Shown: positions 1 to 8,780 of the stretch, piece after piece | Position numbering within the stretch: position 1 is the stretch's first letter | Layout of the letters: every line of letters starts with the position of its first letter | Assembly (NCBI GenBank): GCA_964348775.1 | Contig: CAYGDR010000001.1 | Coordinates: 1 to 34,337, forward strand | Origin: an uncultured Candidatus Saccharibacteria bacterium | Lineage (GTDB): Bacteria > Patescibacteriota > Minisyncoccia > Phycocordibacterales > UBA9973 | Direction: 5' to 3' | DNA: 34,337 nucleotides | Notes under the pieces: model-generated | Database searches by the model: none | Told to the model about the DNA's origin: nothing | The model's input: the letters and a program-made list of their open reading frames with translations, nothing else | Position numbers and translations under genes: made by a program

Positions 1-38
1 CTAACATTCTATAGAACATTGGAATGTACATTTTTAAA

Positions 39-87
39 CAAAAAACCCGTCCCCGTACAACAAAATTAATTGTTATACAAGGACGGG
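39..87 (-). terminator. Intrinsic terminator of the T-box leader
   Basis: The minus strand has CCCGTCCTTGTATAACAA-loop-TTGTTGTACGGGGACGGG (outer stem at 46..52 / 81..87), followed by TTTTTTG (39..45). Confidence 0.75.
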
Positions 88-207
88 CTTCGCCGTGGTA
101 CCACCTTGCTTACTTCTCATTACTGCTATATCGGGCTTACCCGCCGTGTTCTACTTGATTTCTTCCCAGAGCTCAGAGGTGATAGCCTCTTCAACGCTTG
201 CAAACTA
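39..207 (-). promoter_or_regulatory. T-box riboswitch leader (tRNA-sensing attenuator); the regulated gene lies off-window to the left
   Basis: The minus strand reads ...AAGCAAGGUGGUACCACGGCGAAGCCCGUCCUUG... This folds as helix A1 CAAGG/CCUUG, a 7-nt bulge UGGUACC (the conserved T-box UGGN that pairs with tRNA NCCA), and helix A2 ACGG/CCGU. The 3' strand of this antiterminator is also the 5' arm of the downstream terminator, so the two structures are mutually exclusive. Confidence 0.75.
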
Positions 208-235
208 ACTATACCAAATCATTAAAAAAACTCAA
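208..235 (-). promoter_or_regulatory. Sigma70-like promoter driving the T-box leader
   Basis: Minus strand: TTGAGT (230..235), a 16-nt spacer, then TATAGT (208..213). It sits just downstream of the DUF202 gene stop. Confidence 0.5.
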
Positions 236-240
236 TGAAG

Positions 241-531
241 TTAGTTTGAGTTATATATCTCCTTAAGAGATTTTTTTAATTTAACAAACCTATAAAATGC
301 AAGAAAAATCGAGACCGCTGCGACGACGAAAGAAATCCAAGCAGTCGCAACAAGAAATTTATCTTCAGGAAATAGCTTAATTAGTGTAAATCCTGCACCA
401 AAAGCAACTAAAATTGTCCTAATATAAGCTAAAATAGTTCTTTCTACGGCCATCACTGTCCTATCAAACGCAAGATGGTCCCTTAGTATCATCTCACTCG
501 GATCGTTTTGCATATAATGTTTTGTTTCCAT
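241..531 (-). CDS. DUF202/YidH-family small membrane protein
   Basis: 96 aa. It carries the LRDHLAFDRTVMAVERTILAYIRT motif typical of DUF202, followed by two hydrophobic helices. Confidence 0.7.
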   Translation of the reverse strand: METKHYMQNDPSEMILRDHLAFDRTVMAVERTILAYIRTILVAFGAGFTLIKLFPEDKFLVATAWISFVVAAVSIFLAFYRFVKLKKSLKEIYNSN

Positions 532-552
532 AATTTTATTATATCACTTTAA

Positions 553-2277
553 TTACATCTTCTCTGGAGCTTTGATGCCTAGGAGGTGGAGGCCATTTTT
601 CATGACTATGGAAAATGCGAGGGTTATTGCGAGACGGTAAGAAGAACCGGTGTCTTCTTTATTTAATATCTGCGTATTGCCGTAAAAACTGTTGAAGCTT
701 CGCGCAAGCTCGATTAGGAAGTTTGCAATATGATGCGGGGCAAATTCTTTTGCGGATCTTTCCACGATTTCCGGAAATCTATACAATAATTTTTCTATTT
801 CGACAGTTTCCCACCCACTTGGACATCCGATGTCCAAGTGAATGTCCAAGTGAAAGTTTTCGTCCTTTGCTTTCTTTAAAACAGAGCGGGCACGAGCATA
901 AGAATACTGTAGGTAAGGACCAGAATCTCCCTCAAATGATATGGATTTTTCAAAATCGTAAATAATATCTCCTCCGGTAGACTGCTTTAAAATTGAATAC
1001 TTTATAGCAGACACGGATACAGCATTTGAAATTTCTTCCATCTCCGCTTCAGAAAGATTTCGGTCGGCTATTTTTTCTATCACGAGGAGTTTTACATCGT
1101 TCATGAGCGACTCCCCAGTGATAACATTCCCTTTTCGCGAACCCATCTTCCCAGAAGCGAAGCGCATCATGCCGTGAGTTATATGCTTCATCTTTTTCCC
1201 AAAATCCGGGTATATGATAGAAATAGCTTTTGCCACCACTTTCATATAATCCGCCTGCTCGTTTGCTGTGATGACAATAGACAAATCCATATCGGGTTTT
1301 ATTTTGAATTTCTCGACAGTGAGACCAAGCTCTTTGGTCTCATACGCAGGAAGCCCCGCGGAAGTGATAAATACACGGGTATGAAGCTTTGGGTCATATT
1401 TTTCAGCTTTAAATACTATTGCTCCCTGGCTTTCTTCAAATACTTCGCCTAGATTTCCTCGTACGATCTTCTCCCCTACGGGTGCCATCTGATTTTCTAG
1501 GAAGTAGTAATCAAACTTTGTGCCTAGTATTCTGTATAGGTCTTCAAAGGCTTCCATGGTCGCTGTAAAGCCCCAATCATAAATCTTGTTTATGGTTTCA
1601 TCATTTCGTTCGTAAATTTTCTTATTTATCTCGTCAATTTCTTCTTTATTTGATTCGTAATGCTTTGAACCAAGCACATAGGCCTCGCCGATATTCGATG
1701 CTTTTAGCTTAAGCGGAATATTGTCATCTTTTTGGAGGTGCGCATTATGGATAAGCCCCCACACAGCTTTGGCCACATGCAGGCCCACATCACCTTGATA
1801 GTTCGCTCTAGAAACTTCTGCACCGGAATATTCCATTATGCGGGCCACAGACTCGCCTATCGCATTCGTCATAAGGTGGCCTATGTGAAAAGGCTTGAAA
1901 GGGTTCGGGTCCGTATACTCGATCATCAGCTTCTTGCTATAAAGCTCCCTATTCTCTCCAAATTTCTCATTTTTGCCGATTATCTCCACATTGCCGGCAA
2001 AAAATTCTCTTGAAAGATAAAAATTTATAAATCCTGGTCCCGCAATTTCAATCTTGCTAATTTCTTTTGGAAGGCCTTTGTTGAGCTCTTCTGTGATTTT
2101 TTCCGCGAGCCGTTTCGGACTCATCTTAAATTCCTTGGCATAGGCCATGGCAATATTCGTAGAGTAATCTCCCATAGACAAATCTGCCGGGTGCTCCAGA
2201 ACAATCTCGTCAGGAGAGATATTTAAAACCTTGACCGCGTCTTTTATTAAATTTTTTATTTTTGCTTCTATATTCAT
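553..2277 (-). CDS. argS: Arginine--tRNA ligase
   Basis: 574 aa. Class I HIGH motif (PFHIGHL), an ArgRS-type N-terminal domain and anticodon-binding C-terminus ending in ...PEKM. Confidence 0.93.
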   Translation of the reverse strand: MNIEAKIKNLIKDAVKVLNISPDEIVLEHPADLSMGDYSTNIAMAYAKEFKMSPKRLAEKITEELNKGLPKEISKIEIAGPGFINFYLSREFFAGNVEIIGKNEKFGENRELYSKKLMIEYTDPNPFKPFHIGHLMTNAIGESVARIMEYSGAEVSRANYQGDVGLHVAKAVWGLIHNAHLQKDDNIPLKLKASNIGEAYVLGSKHYESNKEEIDEINKKIYERNDETINKIYDWGFTATMEAFEDLYRILGTKFDYYFLENQMAPVGEKIVRGNLGEVFEESQGAIVFKAEKYDPKLHTRVFITSAGLPAYETKELGLTVEKFKIKPDMDLSIVITANEQADYMKVVAKAISIIYPDFGKKMKHITHGMMRFASGKMGSRKGNVITGESLMNDVKLLVIEKIADRNLSEAEMEEISNAVSVSAIKYSILKQSTGGDIIYDFEKSISFEGDSGPYLQYSYARARSVLKKAKDENFHLDIHLDIGCPSGWETVEIEKLLYRFPEIVERSAKEFAPHHIANFLIELARSFNSFYGNTQILNKEDTGSSYRLAITLAFSIVMKNGLHLLGIKAPEKM

Positions 2278-2706
2278 TTATTTATGCCCGGTGCTTCCCT
2301 CTCTGCCATGTCCGCGCACAGTTTCAGAAAGGTCTTCTTTAGTTTCGACAATATCGCAATGTTCAAACTTCTGTATTATCATCTGCGCCACCTTATAGCC
2401 CTTTTTTATTACAACTTCTTTAGAAGTGGTATTAAGCAAGTTCATTATGATTTCTCCGCGGTACCCCGCATCTATCACTCCGCCCATAGTTTTCAAGCCT
2501 AGATTGAAAGAGATGCTTGATTTGTCCCAAAATAAGCCGACATGCCCTTCCGGTATTTCCACAGCCACACCGGTATGCACATGGGCCTGAGAATGCGGAG
2601 CAAAAACTACGTCATTAAGAGTATAAAAATCCATGCCTGCATCGCCCGGGTGTCCATGAGTGGGCAATTTTGCTTCTTCGTAGAGTTTTTTAACTTTTAT
2701 TTTCAT
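2278..2706 (-). CDS. dut: dUTP diphosphatase
   Basis: 142 aa. dUTPase motifs GDAGMDF, GVIDAGYRGE and a C-terminal RGHGREGSTG. Confidence 0.9.
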   Translation of the reverse strand: MKIKVKKLYEEAKLPTHGHPGDAGMDFYTLNDVVFAPHSQAHVHTGVAVEIPEGHVGLFWDKSSISFNLGLKTMGGVIDAGYRGEIIMNLLNTTSKEVVIKKGYKVAQMIIQKFEHCDIVETKEDLSETVRGHGREGSTGHK

Positions 2707-3190
2707 TGTTGAAAAAATAGCTAGCGCTTTCTTTCAGGCTTGGCAGGAAAATCTCCGGCTTCTCTTCCATTGTCCTAAAAAGCTCGTCTTTTGTAAACCA
2801 TTTAATTGCCTCCACCTCTTCTTCCGCTTTAACTAGAGGGTAATCGCTATTTATTGTCGCCGTAAACCATTGGGCAAAATATTCGTGGAGCGTAGACCTC
2901 CGAAGCTTGGGGCCGAAGACAGGCTTGAGATTTTTGAGGGCTATTTCTTCTTCTGCCTCTTTTATTATGTTTGATTCGTAAGTCTCTCCTTCTTCTACTG
3001 TCCCCGCCACCGAGGGGCCCCACAGGCCAGGATGCTTTCTTTTGGTAAATGACCGCTGGGCAAGTAGAACTTCCCCTTTTTCGTTCCAAAGCCAAAGTCC
3101 CGTGATCCTCGCGATTTCGGACGGCAATCTATCTTTGCTCTCCTTGTGTTCTATTATTTCATCCTGTTCGTTTACTATGGGAATTTTCAT
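2690..3190 (-). CDS. NUDIX hydrolase
   Basis: 166 aa. Nudix box GTVEEGETYESNIIKEAEEEIAL. It overlaps the dut start by 17 nt. Confidence 0.8.
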   Translation of the reverse strand: MKIPIVNEQDEIIEHKESKDRLPSEIARITGLWLWNEKGEVLLAQRSFTKRKHPGLWGPSVAGTVEEGETYESNIIKEAEEEIALKNLKPVFGPKLRRSTLHEYFAQWFTATINSDYPLVKAEEEVEAIKWFTKDELFRTMEEKPEIFLPSLKESASYFFNNENKS

Positions 3191-3226
3191 ATTTTTATTA
3201 TATATTTTCCCACATTAAACACAATC

Positions 3227-3258
3227 TAGCATTAGTGGACGATCGTTTATTAATGCTA
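3227..3258 (+). repeat. 32-nt hairpin-containing direct repeat, copy 1 (TAGCATTAGTGGACGATCGTTTATTAATGCTA)
   Basis: It matches the copy at 3836..3867 at 30 of 32 positions. The internal stem is TAGCATTA/TAATGCTA. Its last base is the A of the 3258 ATG. Confidence 0.8.
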
Positions 3259-3830
3259 TGATGATAAGTATGGGTCATGATGCGCTAAGAATGGGAAATT
3301 TAAAAAAGAAAGTTCTTTTACTTATTGGAGCTGGACTTGCCTTTGGTCTTACCCAATCCCCCAGAAAGCAGTGGTGGATACTTAAACAAATCCCCAAAGA
3401 ATGGAATAAGATTAATCGTCAAGCTCTTGAAAGAGCGGTAAATTCTCTTTACAAATCACAATTAGTGCAAGTTGAAAATAATCAGGATGGTACGACCACT
3501 TTAATTTTAAGCAAGGAGGGGAAAAGAAAAGTCTTGCAATTTAATATTAACAAAATGGAAATTAAAAAACCTGAAAAATGGGACGGAAAATGGCGAGTAG
3601 TTATGTTTGATATACCTGAGAAGATAAGAAGGTTAAGAAATTCTTTACGATTCCATTTCCAAGAGATTGGCCTTATAGAACTTCAAAAATCGGTTTTTGT
3701 TTTTCCTTACCCATGTCATAAGGAAATTGAGTTTATTTTAGAATTCTACAATGCGCGTAAATATGTGCGTTTTCTATTAGTAGACAAAATAGACAGTGGC
3801 CTTCATTTAGAGAAAAAATTTAAGTTGTAA
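3258..3830 (+). CDS. PaaX-like (winged-helix plus Cas2-fold domain) putative transcriptional regulator
   Basis: 190 aa. The WDGKWRVVMFDIPEKIRRLRNSLRFHFQEIGLIELQKSVFVFP block resembles the PaaX middle/C-terminal domain signature (WDGxW...IPE...R..LR..L...G). The start is uncertain because several Met codons lie near the N-terminus. Confidence 0.6.
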   Translation: MMISMGHDALRMGNLKKKVLLLIGAGLAFGLTQSPRKQWWILKQIPKEWNKINRQALERAVNSLYKSQLVQVENNQDGTTTLILSKEGKRKVLQFNINKMEIKKPEKWDGKWRVVMFDIPEKIRRLRNSLRFHFQEIGLIELQKSVFVFPYPCHKEIEFILEFYNARKYVRFLLVDKIDSGLHLEKKFKL

Positions 3831-3835
3831 TAATT

Positions 3836-3867
3836 TAGCATTAGTGGACGACCGTTTATTATTGCTA
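3836..3867 (+). repeat. 32-nt hairpin-containing direct repeat, copy 2 (TAGCATTAGTGGACGACCGTTTATTATTGCTA)
   Basis: Near-identical to 3227..3258. It starts 6 nt after the PaaX-like stop. Confidence 0.8.
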
Positions 3868-3871
3868 AATA

Positions 3872-4465
3872 TTATTTTTGAGGTTTTAACTTGAAATGCT
3901 TGGTAATGATGTCAGCTACTTTGTTTGGGGAAAGTTTGGTATTGTCTATGATGAAATTATTTTTGAGATCGGGTGAGGTTTTAAAGTTAAGTCTTTTTAG
4001 GTATTCGCGCATCTTTTCCTTGCTGTGTAATTTTCTAAATGACCTACGCGAACGGCCGCTTACCCGTTTTAGAAGCTCCTTATCGCTTGCAACCAAGTGC
4101 ACTGGATAAAACTTTGCTCCAAGTTTAGTGAGTTTTTTCTCCAGAACTTTTACAAATTTTGGATCCGAAAGGCCTGTCCTAGATATAAAGTCATGCCAAT
4201 AACAATGATTGAAAACTAGGCTAACTCTTTCTTTAACTAGTTGTTCTGGAATAAAATATCTCAAGTTCTCCTTCATCTCGTTCGAGATATAGGTGTGGCG
4301 CGGGAAAATTTCGTCCACAAAATCGGAGATTTGGTGGTTGTGTAAAAATTTAAAATCCAGCTTTTTACTCAAAACTTCCCCAACAGTAAATTTACCTACA
4401 GCAATCGGGCCATAAATAAAAACTACTACGGGTTTTTTATTTGAGGATTTTTTGGATTTTTTCAT
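3872..4465 (-). CDS. P-loop NTPase / small-molecule kinase-like protein
   Basis: 197 aa. Lys-rich N-terminus followed by a Walker-A-like GPIAVGKFT. It overlaps the tmk stop by 29 nt. Substrate unknown. Confidence 0.5.
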   Translation of the reverse strand: MKKSKKSSNKKPVVVFIYGPIAVGKFTVGEVLSKKLDFKFLHNHQISDFVDEIFPRHTYISNEMKENLRYFIPEQLVKERVSLVFNHCYWHDFISRTGLSDPKFVKVLEKKLTKLGAKFYPVHLVASDKELLKRVSGRSRRSFRKLHSKEKMREYLKRLNFKTSPDLKNNFIIDNTKLSPNKVADIITKHFKLKPQK

Positions 4466-5141
4466 AAACTTTTTTGTGAATAATCTCGGGCTTGTCTAAT
4501 TTGCCTTCTGTAATGCATTCTACTTTTACCCAGCCCTTTTGCGTTTTTGCCAGCCACAATGCGCTTTTGCGGGAGTTTTCCAAAAACTTCACATCTTTTT
4601 CATGGACATCGCTCTTATTTGCTTTTTTCTTGCCAAGATAAGCCCGCCTGCTCTTTTTGTTTCTCTCGCGAATTAATTTTAGAACCGTCGGTATAGGCAC
4701 ATTGAGATAGAAAACTACATCAGGCTTTGGAATTTTAAACACTTCATACTCCATCTCTGCGAGCCATTTTAAAAATCCTTCTCGCTTTTTTGTATTAGAA
4801 ATTTTTCCTCCCTGGTGGATCTGGTTTGCGCTCGCATAACGGTTTGCTATCACAATATTTCCAGCTTTGAGCCAGCTCTTTATCTTATCCTTCGATTCAA
4901 AACGATCGGCAGCATATAAAACAGAAGCAATTTTCGGATGCACTTTTACGAAATCATAATATCGCTCAGAAAGGCAATGGCCGATAAATTTACCGAAAAA
5001 GTTTGAATAGTAGTCCGGGAAATCAATGACTTTTACCTCTTTCTTGTCCTTTTTTAAGTGAGCAACCAAAAGGTCAGTCTGGGTGGCCTTGCCAGACCCG
5101 TCTGTGCCATCTATAACTATGAGTTTTCCCCTCTGTGGCAT
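4437..5141 (-). CDS. tmk: dTMP (thymidylate) kinase
   Basis: 234 aa. LIVIDGTDGSGKATQ P-loop and a thymidylate-kinase-like layout. Confidence 0.85.
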   Translation of the reverse strand: MPQRGKLIVIDGTDGSGKATQTDLLVAHLKKDKKEVKVIDFPDYYSNFFGKFIGHCLSERYYDFVKVHPKIASVLYAADRFESKDKIKSWLKAGNIVIANRYASANQIHQGGKISNTKKREGFLKWLAEMEYEVFKIPKPDVVFYLNVPIPTVLKLIRERNKKSRRAYLGKKKANKSDVHEKDVKFLENSRKSALWLAKTQKGWVKVECITEGKLDKPEIIHKKVYEKIQKILK

Positions 5142-5159
5142 AGAGGAAATATAGCACTA

Positions 5160-5705
5160 TTAGCCATTGGGATAAAGCTCTTTGTAGACCTCGGGTTTTA
5201 CCAGACGGAAGTACTCTTTACGCTTAGAATTTATTTTTTTCATTGAAATACCATACTTCCCGGCAAAATTAACAATTCTGTCCTCTGCTAATTTTACTTC
5301 GCTCTCACTGGGAACCATGAGCTCAATCTCGCACATACTATATCCAAAATTCATTTCGTCTAAGGTGATATTAAAGTCGCCCTGTTTGTATTTTCTTCTT
5401 CTGGCTTCGTAATCTACAATCGGAATCAATCTTTCTTTTACAAATACATTGAGATTCGCAACTTTGAAATACTTTTCTATTTCTTTTTCGATTTCTATCT
5501 CTTGTTTCACCCCTGAACTTTTGGCGATTTTGAGCTCGAATGAACCATTGCGGTAGCGAAGCTGTATCCCTTCTTTTAGAAGAGAGTAATCGGGATAGTC
5601 ATAATAGATATCGTGGTCAATTTTTTCCCCAAGGAATTCAGAATCGCCAGTTATGGCTTTAATCTGGTCTTCTGCAGGCTGGCATTGTTTTTCTACTTCT
5701 ATCAT
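5160..5705 (-). CDS. CYTH-domain protein (CyaB/ThTPase-like triphosphate tunnel metalloenzyme)
   Basis: 181 aa. N-terminal ExExK signature (IEVEKQ) and alternating charged beta-strand pattern. Confidence 0.6.
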   Translation of the reverse strand: MIEVEKQCQPAEDQIKAITGDSEFLGEKIDHDIYYDYPDYSLLKEGIQLRYRNGSFELKIAKSSGVKQEIEIEKEIEKYFKVANLNVFVKERLIPIVDYEARRRKYKQGDFNITLDEMNFGYSMCEIELMVPSESEVKLAEDRIVNFAGKYGISMKKINSKRKEYFRLVKPEVYKELYPNG

Positions 5706-5709
5706 ATAT

Positions 5710-6120
5710 TTATACGCCGAGCTTTTGGAGCGTGCCTTTTAGAAAGCCGTCGATCGGCTGGAGCTTTATAATTTCAGAAAGCGGGAGCCATTGAAAATCC
5801 GTATGCTCATCGCTTAGCTTTACTTCTCCTTCGCCTTCGCCTATATAAGTAAGCCTTACAATATGCTTATGAGGCCTTATGATATCCTGAGCGTTTATGA
5901 GTTTTGGCTCGCCAGTGATTAAAAGCCCGGTCTCCTCCATGACTTCTCTCTTTAAGTTTTCTAGCAATTCAGTGCCTGGGTCGATCCTACCGCCGACTAT
6001 CTCCCATTGCGTTCCTGCCTCCGGATACTTTATAGCCGAGCGCAAAAGTACCAGATATTTATCTTCTTTATTCTTCATTAAAATTTTTACTCCTACTTGA
6101 AGTTCCATTTTTTTACACAA
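5710..6120 (-). CDS. NUDIX hydrolase (MutT-like)
   Basis: 136 aa. Nudix box GGRIDPGTELLENLKREVMEETGL. The start may instead be the internal Met at 6108. Confidence 0.8.
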   Translation of the reverse strand: MCKKMELQVGVKILMKNKEDKYLVLLRSAIKYPEAGTQWEIVGGRIDPGTELLENLKREVMEETGLLITGEPKLINAQDIIRPHKHIVRLTYIGEGEGEVKLSDEHTDFQWLPLSEIIKLQPIDGFLKGTLQKLGV

Positions 6121-7393
6121 ACTTCTTAGGTATCGGGAATTTTTTAGCTAGCTTTTTCACTTCTTTGTGAACCATATCTTTAACTTTTTTATCGTCTTTG
6201 TTCTTGAGTACTTTTATCATCCATTCTGCTACCATTTTGCATTCTTTTTCCTTAAAACCGCGGGTAGTGATAGCTGGCGTACCAAACCGGATACCGGAAG
6301 GATCGAATGGCTTTCGAGTATCGTCTGGAATTGCATTCATATTGAGCGTTATACCGACTTCGTCGAGCACTGTCTGTGCCTCTTTGCCGGTTACTCCGAG
6401 CGAGCCAAAAATATCAACTTGGATCATATGGTTAGAAGTACCTCCAGTTATCATGCGAATTTTATTTTTCTTGAAAACTGCTTCCATCGCTTTAGCGTTT
6501 TTAAGAATTTGAGCAGCATATTTCTTAAATGCTGGAGTTGAGGCTTCTCCCAAAGCTACGGCTTTTGCCGCTATCTGGTGCATATGCGGACCACCTTGAA
6601 ATCCGGGAAAAACGGAACGATCGATCAATGTGGGAAGGTTTTCTATGGTTTTTTCCGGAGCCTTGAGAGGGTTAGAAACTACTCCTTTCGAAAGTATCAT
6701 TGCGCCTCGAGGCCCACGAAGAGTCTTGTGAGTAGTGGTAGTCATTATTTGAAAACCGTAGTCAAAAGGATTTTTATGCACTCCCCCTGCAATCAGTCCT
6801 GCGATATGTGCCATGTCTGCCATTGCAACTGCTCCAACTTCTTTAGCAATTGCTGAAAACTTGGCGTAATCAAGCTCACGAGGATATCCAGAAAATCCTG
6901 CCAAAATTATTTTTGGTTTTTCTTTTAAAGCCGTTTGTCGAAGACCTTCATAATCAATTTCCCCTGTTTCTATGTTTTTCATTTTATAGCGAACAAATCG
7001 AAAAAGCTTAGCCATATAAGTAACGGGGTGCCCATGGGTTAAATGACCACCATGACCTAGGTCCATACCGAGCACAGTATCTCCGGGTTCAAGCCAGGCA
7101 AAATATGCAGCGACATTTGCCGCAGCTCCGCTCAATGGTTGAACATTCGCATGGTCACACCGAAATAACTTTTTCGCCCGATCAATGGCCAATTGCTCGA
7201 CTTGATCGGTAAAATCCTGCCCGCCATAATACCTCCTGCCGGGATAGCCTTCAGAGTATTTGTTTGTAAACACGGAGCCGTTTGCCTCAAGAACATCTTC
7301 TGAAACATAGTTCTCCGATGGTATGAGCTCGAGCCCCTCTGCCTGTCTTTTTTCCTCCCCTTTTATAAGTTTCTCAATTAGTTTGTCTCGCAT
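6113..7393 (-). CDS. glyA: Serine hydroxymethyltransferase
   Basis: 426 aa. LIPSENYVS, GYPGRRYYGG and TTTTHKTLRGPRG (PLP lysine) motifs. Confidence 0.95.
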   Translation of the reverse strand: MRDKLIEKLIKGEEKRQAEGLELIPSENYVSEDVLEANGSVFTNKYSEGYPGRRYYGGQDFTDQVEQLAIDRAKKLFRCDHANVQPLSGAAANVAAYFAWLEPGDTVLGMDLGHGGHLTHGHPVTYMAKLFRFVRYKMKNIETGEIDYEGLRQTALKEKPKIILAGFSGYPRELDYAKFSAIAKEVGAVAMADMAHIAGLIAGGVHKNPFDYGFQIMTTTTHKTLRGPRGAMILSKGVVSNPLKAPEKTIENLPTLIDRSVFPGFQGGPHMHQIAAKAVALGEASTPAFKKYAAQILKNAKAMEAVFKKNKIRMITGGTSNHMIQVDIFGSLGVTGKEAQTVLDEVGITLNMNAIPDDTRKPFDPSGIRFGTPAITTRGFKEKECKMVAEWMIKVLKNKDDKKVKDMVHKEVKKLAKKFPIPKKFV

Positions 7394-8241
7394 GGCCCCA
7401 TTCTATCACAAGAGAATATAATAGTCCCAAGCAAGTCTGTGCGTAAAATTTTGACCCCAAAACGAGCTAGTGTGTCAAGGACTTCCCTGTGGGGGTGGCC
7501 ATAACTGTTGCCTTTTCCGTCTGAAATCAGAGCGTAGTCTGGAGAAACCGCGCGGACAAAAGAATCCGATGTAGACGTGCGCGAACCGTGATGACCCACT
7601 TTTAAAATATCGCTATCAAGCTCGGACATGGACCCCTCGGCAAGAACAATATTTTCAGTTTTTATTGTGGAGTCGCCGGCAAGCAAGATTGAAGTATCTC
7701 CATATACCAGGCTTGCTACTACCGACCCGTCATTTGTGGTCCAGCCTGAAACATCTCTGTCTGGAAACAAAATATCTATTACTGCTCCTCCGCCTATATG
7801 AATTTTCATTCCTTTTTTCGCCAATACGACGGGAATATTTTTTCTTTTTATTTCATCTCGTAAATTTTGATAAGCTTTGGAATCAGTAATTGTCCCCGGC
7901 TCGAAAACTTTTCCTACTTTATAGACTTTTAGCACATCTAAGAATCCGCCAATGTGATCCAGATCTGGATTTGTAATGATCAGCGCATCTATGGATCTAT
8001 CAAAAGGAGGCATGACGCGAGACAAAGCGCTTAATACGCGCTTTGGCGGCCCGCCGTCTATCAATACTTGTGTACCGGTAGGAGACTCAATGAAAAGCGC
8101 ATCACCCTGTCCGACATCAAGCATGGCAAAGGTTAATTTGCGGTTAGAATTTTGCCAATCAAGATAAAAGACAAAAATAACGGCAAACAGGAGAAGTGCT
8201 GTCAGATACAATAAACCGTATTTTTTAATAGTCTCTGACAT
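7378..8241 (-). CDS. ComEC-type metallo-beta-lactamase-fold domain protein (stand-alone, N-terminal TM anchor)
   Basis: 287 aa. MLDVGQGDALFIESP, NPDLDHIGG and KVGHHGS motifs, as in the C-terminal MBL domain of ComEC/Rec2. Confidence 0.8.
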   Translation of the reverse strand: MSETIKKYGLLYLTALLLFAVIFVFYLDWQNSNRKLTFAMLDVGQGDALFIESPTGTQVLIDGGPPKRVLSALSRVMPPFDRSIDALIITNPDLDHIGGFLDVLKVYKVGKVFEPGTITDSKAYQNLRDEIKRKNIPVVLAKKGMKIHIGGGAVIDILFPDRDVSGWTTNDGSVVASLVYGDTSILLAGDSTIKTENIVLAEGSMSELDSDILKVGHHGSRTSTSDSFVRAVSPDYALISDGKGNSYGHPHREVLDTLARFGVKILRTDLLGTIIFSCDRMGPCETN

Positions 8242-8258
8242 GGTATAATTCTAAGTAT

Positions 8259-8780
8259 ATGAAAAAATTCAAAGAAATGAAATTTAATTTGGGCGTTCTA
8301 AAAGGCATCTCCAAAAAAAACATTGAAGAGCACCTCAAGCTTTACGCGGGATATGTAAAAAATACCAACGAGCTACTGGAGAGTGAGGAATACAACCGCC
8401 GCTTCCCCTTTGAATGGAATGGTATGAGAAATCACGAAATATATTTCGCCTCTCTTGTTGGAGGCGGAACCCCTACACCTACAAGTGGTGCTTTAGCAGA
8501 AGTAAATTGGGATAAATTCAAAGCACTGGCACTTACCCGCGGTGTCGGATGGGCAATGCTCTATTACGACCCACTTTCAAAACAACTCATCCAAAGTTGG
8601 GTAGACGAACAACATTTGGGTCAACTATCACAATGCATCCCAATCCTCGCACTTGATATGTGGGAGCATGCGTATGTATATGACTATCCTACTTCTGAGA
8701 AGAAAAAATATGTTGAAGCCTTTTTTGAGAATCTAAATTGGGCTGTGGTCGAAGAAAACTTCCAAAAAGCCTCCAAGTAA
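8259..8780 (+). CDS. Fe/Mn superoxide dismutase-like protein (short form)
   Basis: 173 aa. C-terminal DMWEHAYVYDY signature and an NHEIYF motif. A TGgTATAAT extended -10 lies 9 nt before the ATG. Confidence 0.75.
   Translation: MKKFKEMKFNLGVLKGISKKNIEEHLKLYAGYVKNTNELLESEEYNRRFPFEWNGMRNHEIYFASLVGGGTPTPTSGALAEVNWDKFKALALTRGVGWAMLYYDPLSKQLIQSWVDEQHLGQLSQCIPILALDMWEHAYVYDYPTSEKKKYVEAFFENLNWAVVEENFQKASK

Noticed and set aside
3227-3867. Repeats plus a Cas2-fold protein as a CRISPR remnant.
   Set aside because: There are only two repeat copies, 609 bp apart, with a complete gene between them, and no spacer array. The WDGxW context of the protein fits the PaaX family rather than Cas2.
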